The position numbers were made by a program, and so were the translations under genes. Below, piece by piece: positions 53,468-61,520 of a DNA stretch of 64,000 nucleotides. Origin of the DNA: Solimonas sp. (GTDB lineage: Bacteria; Pseudomonadota; Gammaproteobacteria; Nevskiales; Nevskiaceae); contig DATILC010000168.1 of NCBI GenBank assembly GCA_035476855.1, forward strand, positions 4,644-68,643. Reading direction: 5' to 3'. How positions within the stretch are numbered: the stretch's first letter is position 1; each line of letters starts with the position of its first letter. Under the pieces are notes generated by a model, which saw only the letters and a list, made by a program, of their open reading frames with translations, was not told the DNA's origin and ran no database searches.

Positions 53468-55165
53468 ATGGGAGACGATCTGGACATCACGATCCGGATG
53501 CCCCCCATGACCGATGTGCCTACCCCCAGCCTCGCCCAGCAGCTCGACGAACTGTTCAAGCCCTGGAACCGCAGCGACGCCCCCGGCTTCGTCGTCGGTG
53601 TGCGTCACAAGGGCAGCCTGATCCATCGCCGCGGCTTCGGCCTGGCCAGCATCGAACATGCCGCGGCGAACACGCCGCAGACGCGCATGCGCATCGGCTC
53701 CACCAGCAAGCAGTTCACCTGCCTGGCGGTCCTGCTGCTGGAAGAGGAAGGCAAGCTCGACATCGACCAGCCGGTGGGAGATTACCTGCCGGAACTGGCC
53801 GGCAAGGCCAGCGGCGAGCCGACACTGCGCCAGCTGATGCACCACACCGGCGGTATCCGCGATCCGTTCTTTGCGGCCATCGTGCACAACCGCGGCGCCT
53901 GGGGCCACATGCCGGCCGGCGGCAGCCTGCAATTGATGCTGCGCCATGACGGACGCAACTTCGCGCCCGGCACCGACATGATCTACACCAACGCCGGCTA
54001 CACGCTGCTGTCGCTGGTGGTCGGCCGCGTCAGCGGCCTGAACTTCGCCGATTTCCTCTACGAGCGCATCTGCGCGCCGCTGGGGATGCTGGACACCCGC
54101 CTGCTCTCCAGCGACATGGAGATCCTGCCCAACATGGCGACGCTGCACCTGCCGCAGGCCGACGGCGGCTGGCGTCGCGGCATTTATCCCACCGATGACC
54201 TGCTGGGCTCCGGCGGCATCATCTCCACGGTCGACGACATGCTGACCTGGACCGCGCACCTGCTCAGCCCGCAGAAGCGCGTCGGCAGCGCGGCCAGCTG
54301 GCAGAAGATGCTGCAGCCCTTGCGCCTCGCCAATGGCACCGAGGGCAGCTATTGCCTGGGCCTGACGCGCCAGACCTTCCGCGGGCTCGACACCATCCAC
54401 CATGCCGGCGCCACGCTGGGCGCGCAGTGCCAGATGCTGATCGCGCCTGCCGAGGAACTCGAGATCGTCGTCATGGCCAACCGCATGGACGGTTCCGCCC
54501 CGCTGATGGCGCAGAAGATCGTGGAACTGGTGCTCGGCAACCGCCTGCCGCCGCCGACCCCGCCGCCCGCGGCCGATGACCATCCCGGCCTGCTGGGCCG
54601 CTGGTACTCCAGCAGCGCGCGAACGCTGATCGACATCAGCCGCATCAAGGCACTGCCCGACGCACCGGAAGGCATGATGCTCTCCGCCCACGGCTCTCCC
54701 GTCGGCCTGCTTACCGGGCGCGATGGCCGGCTCGGCATCAACAACTCGCCGACCAGCCCGATCGACCTGCTGGCGCCCCCAGCCGGTGAAACCCCCGCCT
54801 CGCTCGACTTCCGCCTGGCCGGCGAGACGCGGAGCTTCGAGCGCCTGCCACAAAAGGGACCGGCCGCCGCCGATCTCGCCGCCGCTTTCTGCGGCCGCTA
54901 CCGCAGCGTCGACTTCGGCCCCGAGATCGAGGTCCTGCTGCAGGACGACAAGCTCTACATCGACTACCAGCCGGCCTGCGGCAAGGCCCTGTGGGAGCTG
55001 CTGCCGCTGAGCGAGGACGTCGTCGCCTGCGGTGCCTTCCACAGCGTCCCCGCGCTGCCGCTGCCGAACAACGCCGTGCTGACGCTGGAGCGCCGTGACA
55101 CCAGGGTCGTCGCCTTCACCCAGGATGCCGACCGCGTGCGCGGCCTGCGCTTCGAGCGCTGCTGA
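53468..55165 (+). CDS. Beta-lactamase-family serine hydrolase 3 (D-aminopeptidase/MlrB-like)
   Basis: GSTSK, YTN, HAGA; close paralog of 32516-34180; start 53468 or 53507. Confidence 0.85.
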   Translation: MGDDLDITIRMPPMTDVPTPSLAQQLDELFKPWNRSDAPGFVVGVRHKGSLIHRRGFGLASIEHAAANTPQTRMRIGSTSKQFTCLAVLLLEEEGKLDIDQPVGDYLPELAGKASGEPTLRQLMHHTGGIRDPFFAAIVHNRGAWGHMPAGGSLQLMLRHDGRNFAPGTDMIYTNAGYTLLSLVVGRVSGLNFADFLYERICAPLGMLDTRLLSSDMEILPNMATLHLPQADGGWRRGIYPTDDLLGSGGIISTVDDMLTWTAHLLSPQKRVGSAASWQKMLQPLRLANGTEGSYCLGLTRQTFRGLDTIHHAGATLGAQCQMLIAPAEELEIVVMANRMDGSAPLMAQKIVELVLGNRLPPPTPPPAADDHPGLLGRWYSSSARTLIDISRIKALPDAPEGMMLSAHGSPVGLLTGRDGRLGINNSPTSPIDLLAPPAGETPASLDFRLAGETRSFERLPQKGPAAADLAAAFCGRYRSVDFGPEIEVLLQDDKLYIDYQPACGKALWELLPLSEDVVACGAFHSVPALPLPNNAVLTLERRDTRVVAFTQDADRVRGLRFERC

Positions 55166-55175
55166 GGAACTGCCC

Positions 55176-57662
55176 ATGAAAACCACCTCCACACGCGCAC
55201 GCCACCTGGGCGCCGCCGCCCTGCTCGGTCTCAGCAGCGCCGCCGGCGCACAGACCCAGGACAGCGGCGACGCCCAGGACTTCGACCTGGACTCGCTGCT
55301 GGCCGAAGAGCCAGCCGCCGAAGCGCCGCCGCCGGCGGCGGCAACCGAATCACCTCCGCAGCCGCAGCAGCAGGCATCACAGCAGCCGGAAGAGCAGGCG
55401 CAGCAGGAGACAGCGGCCCAGGTGGCTGAGCCGGCCGAACCCGCTGAGGCAATCGAGACAGTCGAGACCATCCCGGTGCAGCCGCTGCATCCGGAGAAGG
55501 AACCCGCGCCGCTGGCGGAAGCGCCACATCGCCCGCAGATCGAGGAGATCATCGTCACCGCGACCAAGCGCGAGCAGTCGGTGCGCGAGATCCCGCTCAG
55601 CATCGCTGCGCTGACCGGCGAGAAGCTGGAGGAACTCGGCGCGCACAAGCTCAAGGATTTCATCCAGCTGGTGCCGGGCATGAACACGCAGGACGAGATC
55701 GCCGGCATTCCGCGCAAGCTGAGCGTGCGCGGCGTCGGCCCGGACACCAACACCAACCAGACCGTCGGCGTGGTCTTCGGCGACATGCCGCTGACCGATC
55801 CCTACGGCTCCTTCACCATCGCCGACCCCGATCCCTGGGACCTGGCGACGGTGGAAGTGCTCAAGGGCCCGCAGGGCACGCTGTTCGGCGCGACCTCGCT
55901 CGGCGGCCTGATCCGCTACGTCCCCAACAAGCCGAAGTTCGACACATGGGAAGGCCGCGGATCGGTCGACTGGGTCAGCGTCAGCGGCGGCGAGTCCGCG
56001 CTGTCCTACGCTGGCATGCTCAACGTCCCGGTCGGCGAGAGCTTCGCGCTGCGCGTCGCTGGTTCGCTGCAGCACCAGCCAGGCGTGATCGACATCGATA
56101 CCCCGGGCCGCGTGGAAGACAACGTCGACGACCAGGACAACTTCGCCGGGCGCGCCATCGCGCTGTGGCAGCCGCTGGACGAACTCAGCCTCAACCTCAG
56201 CTACATGCGCTCGCAGCGCAAGGGCGACGAGCTGGGCTATACCACCAATGACCAGCACCGCCCGCGCGACGAGGCGCCGGCGCCGTCACCCTACGAGAAC
56301 GGCTTCACCGCCACCACGCTGGACGCGCGCTACGACTTCGACTGGGCCCAGCTCGTGTCGGTCAGTGGCTACCAGACAAAGCTCGCCTACGCCGACGCCG
56401 ATACCTCCTACCTGGTGCGGCCGGCGGCGATGGCCGGCATCCGCAGCGTTCATGCCGAGCGCCTGGTCGAAACCACCGGCCTGCTGCAGGAACTGCGGCT
56501 GGTATCCACCGGCGACGGTCCATGGACCTGGCTCGGCGGTGTCTTCTACAGCGGCTACGAGGCCGAAATCACCGGAAAGCTGCAGATCTTCCCCGGCTTC
56601 GAAGCCCTGGGCTCGCTGCTGCAGCAACTGCCGCCAGGCTTCCTTGGCCTGCCGATCGATGGTGACAGCATCACCGGCACCGAGACCGGCTTCCATCCGC
56701 TGGAGGCAGAGGAAAGCGCCTTGTTCGGCGAGGTCTCGCGCATGTTCGGCAGCGACTGGACGCTGACCCTCGGCGGCCGCTACTACAGGACCAGCGTCTC
56801 CGGCACGCCTCCCGCCAACCAGCGTGGCGGCGGCTCAGCCGACGCTGACAGCACGCTGGAACAGAAGAGCAATGGCTTCAGCCCCAAGATCGCGCTGAGC
56901 TGGAAGCCCAGCGACGACCTGATGCTCTACGGCAATATCTCGCGCGGATTCCAGTTCGGCGGCTTCAACCTGAGCGTGGTGGGACCGGTGCCACTCACCT
57001 ACGAATCCAGCACGCTGTGGAACCACGAGATCGGCCTGCGCAGCGACTGGTTCGAGCGCACGCTGCGCTTCGACCTCACTGCGTTCTACCTGGACTGGAC
57101 CCGGCCGCAGGTCCGCCAGGTCGGCGTCTTCCCCACCGACTCGTACATCGCCAATGTTGGTAGCGCGAGCAGCACCGGCGTGGAGACCACCATCCGTTGG
57201 CTGCCACCGCTGGAGGGCCTCTCGCTGGAAGTGTCGGCCTCCTACATCAAGGCCGTCACCACCGAGGAGTTCGAATCCTCCAGCTCCGGCACCATTCCGG
57301 AAGGCACGGAGATGCCCAGCTCGCCGAAGCTGCAGGCCACGGCGACGATCAGCTACGCTCATGCCTTCGGCAACTGGCAGACGATGTCCTCGCTGATCGG
57401 TACGCACCAGGGCAAGGCCTTCAACAACATCGAACATGCGGTCGAGGTCGGTGGCTACGAGCTGCTGCACTTCAACCTCGGCATCAGCCGTCCGGACCTG
57501 TCGTTCAGGCCGTCGCTGAGCATTGGCGTCAACAACATCTTCGACACCGCTGCGATCTCGGCGGCACTGGGCGGCGCCGAAGCCGAGGAGCTTCTGGTCG
57601 GCCGTCCGCTGGTCTACACCACGCCGCGTACGCTGCGCATCAACCTGTCGGCGAGTTTCTGA
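55176..57662 (+). CDS. TonB-dependent receptor 2
   Basis: Signal peptide, EEIIVTATKR, VEVLKGPQGTLFG, C-terminal Phe; paralog of 36642-39137. Confidence 0.93.
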   Translation: MKTTSTRARHLGAAALLGLSSAAGAQTQDSGDAQDFDLDSLLAEEPAAEAPPPAAATESPPQPQQQASQQPEEQAQQETAAQVAEPAEPAEAIETVETIPVQPLHPEKEPAPLAEAPHRPQIEEIIVTATKREQSVREIPLSIAALTGEKLEELGAHKLKDFIQLVPGMNTQDEIAGIPRKLSVRGVGPDTNTNQTVGVVFGDMPLTDPYGSFTIADPDPWDLATVEVLKGPQGTLFGATSLGGLIRYVPNKPKFDTWEGRGSVDWVSVSGGESALSYAGMLNVPVGESFALRVAGSLQHQPGVIDIDTPGRVEDNVDDQDNFAGRAIALWQPLDELSLNLSYMRSQRKGDELGYTTNDQHRPRDEAPAPSPYENGFTATTLDARYDFDWAQLVSVSGYQTKLAYADADTSYLVRPAAMAGIRSVHAERLVETTGLLQELRLVSTGDGPWTWLGGVFYSGYEAEITGKLQIFPGFEALGSLLQQLPPGFLGLPIDGDSITGTETGFHPLEAEESALFGEVSRMFGSDWTLTLGGRYYRTSVSGTPPANQRGGGSADADSTLEQKSNGFSPKIALSWKPSDDLMLYGNISRGFQFGGFNLSVVGPVPLTYESSTLWNHEIGLRSDWFERTLRFDLTAFYLDWTRPQVRQVGVFPTDSYIANVGSASSTGVETTIRWLPPLEGLSLEVSASYIKAVTTEEFESSSSGTIPEGTEMPSSPKLQATATISYAHAFGNWQTMSSLIGTHQGKAFNNIEHAVEVGGYELLHFNLGISRPDLSFRPSLSIGVNNIFDTAAISAALGGAEAEELLVGRPLVYTTPRTLRINLSASF

Positions 57663-57670
57663 AGACTGCG

Positions 57671-58522
57671 ATGAGCACCGGCACCTCTTTGTTTCACCGC
57701 ATGGTCGGCCAGCCCGGCGAACTGCCGGACATCGTGCTCGAGTCCGGCGGCCTCGGCAGCTCCGACGACTGGCGGCATGTCGAAGGCCTGCTCGCGCGCC
57801 ATACCCGCGTGCTGGCCTACGACCGCGCCGGCATGGGGCAAAGCCCGGCGGACGAGGCTGGCTACAGCGCGAGTGCCGTGACCGCGCGCCTGACCGCCCT
57901 GCTCGATCGGTTGCAATGGAAGCGCCCGGTGCTGCTGGTCGGCTATTCGCTGGGCGGTCTCTACGCGCGGCAATTCGCGGCCAGCCAGCCACAGCGCGTC
58001 GCCGGCCTGATATTGCTCGACGCCACACCGACAGCCCATGTGTTCCCGGCAGTGGCAATGCGCCGGGCGCAGCGCGTGATCTGGCTGCTGCACTGGGTTG
58101 CACGCCTGGCCCCGGCCGGCCTGCTCCAGCGGCTGTTCGGCTCCAAAACGGACACCGCACGATCCCAACGGCAACTGGCGCAGCTCCGCACGCCGGACTA
58201 CCTGCCGCGCATGCGTGCCGAGCTGACTGCCATGACCGGCGTGCAAGCTGAAGTGGGCCGCATCGCGGCAAGGCCGCAGCATCCGGTGATGGCGATTCTC
58301 GCCGGCACCCGGCCCGCGCAGATGACGGATGCCGACTTCGCCCACATGCAGACCCTGCACCGCGAACTGGCGAGCGTCTCGCCGGCGCCGCTGAGCCAGC
58401 TCACCGTCGTCGACGCCGCCAACCACGGCAGCCTGCTCAGCGATCCCGCCAACGCCGCCCAGGTCGCCGACCACATTCTCGCCTTCGCGCGCAGCCTGCC
58501 GCACACACCGGAAAAACCATGA
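57671..58522 (+). CDS. Alpha/beta hydrolase 2
   Basis: YDRAGMGQS, GYSLGG, ANHGSL; paralog of 39140-40036. Confidence 0.88.
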   Translation: MSTGTSLFHRMVGQPGELPDIVLESGGLGSSDDWRHVEGLLARHTRVLAYDRAGMGQSPADEAGYSASAVTARLTALLDRLQWKRPVLLVGYSLGGLYARQFAASQPQRVAGLILLDATPTAHVFPAVAMRRAQRVIWLLHWVARLAPAGLLQRLFGSKTDTARSQRQLAQLRTPDYLPRMRAELTAMTGVQAEVGRIAARPQHPVMAILAGTRPAQMTDADFAHMQTLHRELASVSPAPLSQLTVVDAANHGSLLSDPANAAQVADHILAFARSLPHTPEKP

Positions 58523-58905
58523 GCATCGAAGTCATCGGCAAGAGCCCCACCCTGCCCAACGGCATGACCATTCCGCTGTCGCCGGCCATCCGCGCGGGCC
58601 AGCTGATCTTCGTCTCGGGCCAGCTGGGCCTGGACGGCAACCGCGCACTGGTCGGCCCCGACATCGAGGCGCAGACACACCAGGTGATGGCGAACCTGCG
58701 CGCGGTCCTGCAGCAGGCTGGCGCGGACCTCGACCGCGTCGTGAAAGCCACTGTCTGGCTCACCGACAAGACGGACTTCGCCGCCTTCAACGCGATCTAC
58801 CGCGAATACTTCCCGCAGCACCCGCCGGCACGCTCGACGGTGGTCAGCGAGTTGCTGATCCCGGGCGCACGCCTCGAGATCGACGTCATCGCCAGCCTCG
58901 ACTGA
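58519..58905 (+). CDS. RidA/YjgF family enamine/imine deaminase
   Basis: IFVSGQLG, FNAIYREYF, PARST (catalytic Arg), LEID; ATGA-coupled. Confidence 0.9.
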   Translation: MSIEVIGKSPTLPNGMTIPLSPAIRAGQLIFVSGQLGLDGNRALVGPDIEAQTHQVMANLRAVLQQAGADLDRVVKATVWLTDKTDFAAFNAIYREYFPQHPPARSTVVSELLIPGARLEIDVIASLD

Positions 58906-58908
58906 ATC

Positions 58909-59949
58909 TCAGCCCAGCAGCCGCGACAGCTGCACGCGGTTGCCGATACCGAGCTTGCGGAACACGTTGTGCAGCTGGAACTCGACCGTGCGCGGAGAGC
59001 GGCACAGGCGCTCGGCGATCTGCTCGTTGCGCAGGCCCTCGACCACCAGGCGCGCGACGCGCTGCTCCGAAGGCGAGAGCTGCTTCAGCACAGCCAGCGC
59101 CTGCTGTGACAGCTCGCCGGCCCGGCCCTGGGTCTGCGCATCCATGAGCCGCAGGACGTAGCCACCGGGCGTCGCCGACAGCTTCGCGGAGAGTTCCGGC
59201 AGTTCCGGGTGCTGAAGATTCAGCGCCGCATCGCCCCCCTGGAAAGCGATGCGCAGCGCCGCCGGCAGGCCAGCCTGCTCCTGTCCGCGCCGCAGGGCGC
59301 GATTCCAGCGACTGAACTCGACCTCGCCGTGCGCGCTCTGGTACAGCAGCGTGCCGCGCCGGTCGAAGAACACCAGCGCCTCGGGCGAATTCTGCAGGTA
59401 GCCCTGCAACAAGGTGCTCAGGCTGCGCTCCTGCGCGAGCGTGCGCAGCCGCGTGAGGCCGGCATCGATCATCGGGTGCATGTATTCGAGGAAGGCCTTC
59501 TCCTCCTGCGGGATGCTCTCGGGGCCGAACACCGCCAGCACACTGTGCGGATCCGTCTTGCGCCAGAACGCCAGCGCGACGAAGTCGGTCCATTCCGGGT
59601 CCGGCTCCTGCGCCAGGCGGCGCTGCGGTGCGTCCGGATCCTCGGCGGCGATCTGCCCATAGGTGCAGGACTCGATGCGCGGATGGCGCGCCAGGTAGGG
59701 CGCGGTCACGGAGAGGCTCTTCGACGGCACATAGTCCGGCTTGCGCGGCGCCACCAGGTGATATCGCAGCTGCGTGGGCTCGAAGTCGACGATGTCCGAA
59801 AACAGCGCGCAGGAGCGTTCCGGCATTTCCCGGCGCATCAGGTTCAGGCTGGCACGCCAGAAGCCGTCCATGTCCACCGCGCTCTGCAGCGCGACGATCT
59901 GGGCACGCGAGGAGCGAGAGGCGTGGACCGCAGGAGAGCTGGCAAGCAT
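58909..59949 (-). CDS. LuxR-family regulator 2, paralog of 40093-41223
   Basis: HTH LSPSEQRVARLVVEGLRNEQIAERLCRSPRTVEFQLHNVFRKL; shared N-terminal motifs. Confidence 0.88.
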   Translation of the reverse strand: MLASSPAVHASRSSRAQIVALQSAVDMDGFWRASLNLMRREMPERSCALFSDIVDFEPTQLRYHLVAPRKPDYVPSKSLSVTAPYLARHPRIESCTYGQIAAEDPDAPQRRLAQEPDPEWTDFVALAFWRKTDPHSVLAVFGPESIPQEEKAFLEYMHPMIDAGLTRLRTLAQERSLSTLLQGYLQNSPEALVFFDRRGTLLYQSAHGEVEFSRWNRALRRGQEQAGLPAALRIAFQGGDAALNLQHPELPELSAKLSATPGGYVLRLMDAQTQGRAGELSQQALAVLKQLSPSEQRVARLVVEGLRNEQIAERLCRSPRTVEFQLHNVFRKLGIGNRVQLSRLLG

Positions 59950-59968
59950 GTTTCGACTCCAAGTTTAA

Positions 59969-59999
59969 TTACAACGTATTTTAATGTGTGTTAAAATAC
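59969..59999 (+). promoter_or_regulatory. Sigma70-like promoter and perfect palindrome between divergent luxR and tetR
   Basis: TTACAA(59969)-17 nt-TAAAAT(59992); GTATTTTAA-N6-TTAAAATAC at 59976-59999. Confidence 0.7.
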
Positions 60000-60044
60000 T
60001 CCGCACAATCTAGAACAAGCGGTCGCGGCACGCAAGGGGACGGG

Positions 60045-60749
60045 ATGAAGGAAGCGCAAACCCGGACGCGCCGGCGCAAGGGAAAAAGCGTCGGCGGGCG
60101 TCCGCGCAAGCTGAGCCATGAGGCGATCCTGGCGGCGGCCGAGCAGCTGATCCGCCGGGAGGGCACGGACGCCCTCACCCTGCGCTCCCTGGGTGCCGCA
60201 CTCGACGTGCAGGCCCCCACCCTCTACACCTACTTCAGCAACCTGGAGGAGATCGAGGAAGCCGCCCTGCATCGCATCTACGGCTCATTCCCCGTGCCGG
60301 ACCTGGCGCGGCCGGAACCCCTCGCGGAGCAATTGCTGGACATGTTCCTCGCCCTGCGGGAACTGCATACCCGCAGCCCCGGTGCATTGATGGGCGTTCC
60401 CGGATCGGCCGCCTGGCACTGGGAAATCCGCCTGGTCAACCAGCTGTTGAAGACCTTCTCGGAAATCGGTGTCGACGATTTCGGCACGATCGTCGCCTAT
60501 CGCGCCATGCTGGGGCTCACGGCCATCGATGCCAAGGCCGAACGAACGGCTGAGCACGACGAAGAGGAAGCCATGCTGGCAAAGCTTCCGGCGTCCGAAG
60601 CCGGCTATATCCAGCGTCTCTTCGGGAATCTTCCGGACTGGGTGCGGCGCCCCAGCGAAGACCGCTTCCGCCAGACGTTCACCGCGCTGGTGGAAAAGCT
60701 ACTTCCGCAGGTAATCAAGCACGACGCGAAGCGCAGGCCGCGCCGCTAG
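60045..60749 (+). CDS. TetR/AcrR family regulator
   Basis: LSHEAILAAA...LTLRSLGAALDVQAPTLYTYF HTH. Confidence 0.9.
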   Translation: MKEAQTRTRRRKGKSVGGRPRKLSHEAILAAAEQLIRREGTDALTLRSLGAALDVQAPTLYTYFSNLEEIEEAALHRIYGSFPVPDLARPEPLAEQLLDMFLALRELHTRSPGALMGVPGSAAWHWEIRLVNQLLKTFSEIGVDDFGTIVAYRAMLGLTAIDAKAERTAEHDEEEAMLAKLPASEAGYIQRLFGNLPDWVRRPSEDRFRQTFTALVEKLLPQVIKHDAKRRPRR

Positions 60750-60768
60750 GGAAGTTCTGATTAAGTTG

Positions 60769-60851
60769 CCGTTCGCCCTGAGCTTGTCGAAGGGTGGGCG
60801 GCAACTCGTTGACCGGCGGTGAGGAAAGTCCACCCGTGCTTCGACAGGCTC
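60769..60851. repeat. Degenerate REP-like element (CTGAGCTTGTCGAAG type)
   Basis: GAGCTTGTCGAAG (60780-60792) / CTTCGACAGGCTC (60839-60851), 12/13 inverted match, between convergent genes. Confidence 0.6.
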
Positions 60852-60921
60852 GCCTGGAGGCGCCTACTTCTGGCAGCACGAACGGACTTTTTCAGAGCTT
60901 CCCTAGGCCCCAGGGCTTCGC

Positions 60922-61227
60922 TCAGGCCGCCAGCGGTATGCGACGGGCCGCCATGGCACAGGCGCAGATCCGGCAGATGGCGGTCGATTCGATGAGCAAC
61001 TGCTCGCGCGCCTTGCGGAGTGCTTCCTCGCGGCCGCCGGCGCCGAGCTTGTGATAGGAATTCGCCAGGTGCCACTTCACGGTTCCAGACGAAATTCCCA
61101 GCGATTGCGCGATACCCTTTTTCGACAGGCCTCGTCCGGCCAGCTCGAGAACCTCCAGTTCCCGTTCCGTCAGGACATTGCTCGTATTGCTTCGATTGCG
61201 ATCCGGAAACTGCTGCTGGGTATTCAT
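60922..61227 (-). CDS. Small HTH-only LuxR-type protein with C-terminal CxxCxC
   Basis: LTERELEVLELAGRGLSKKGIAQSLGISSGTVKWHLANSYHKLG then CRICAC; 101 aa. Confidence 0.75.
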   Translation of the reverse strand: MNTQQQFPDRNRSNTSNVLTERELEVLELAGRGLSKKGIAQSLGISSGTVKWHLANSYHKLGAGGREEALRKAREQLLIESTAICRICACAMAARRIPLAA

Positions 61228-61520
61228 GCTCTTCTCCCCCGGATGCTCTCCGTGGATGTCTGCCGCGAGCAGCATGCCCGCCGATGCCGATGCAGGCATC
61301 CGTAGTTCCACCGGTCCGCCGAAGAAAATGCCGCGTGGGTGCCACGGCGAGGGCGCTCCACAGAAATCCGGAAAATCTTCCCGCAAGGGTGGCAGCGCCT
61401 GGAACACCTTCCCGATGCACCCGCGAATCGGACGCCAGAAAAGAATAATTTCTCTCCTTGCGGGGCCTAAGCTGTTCTCGTACCGACAGCGGTCGGGAAC
61501 ATCAGGCGAGAACCATCATC

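Noticed and set aside
32516-55165. Calling the SxxK proteins antibiotic-resistance beta-lactamases
   Set aside because: No signal peptides, long C-terminal extensions, missing Glu166 in the class-A-like one, and a catabolic context
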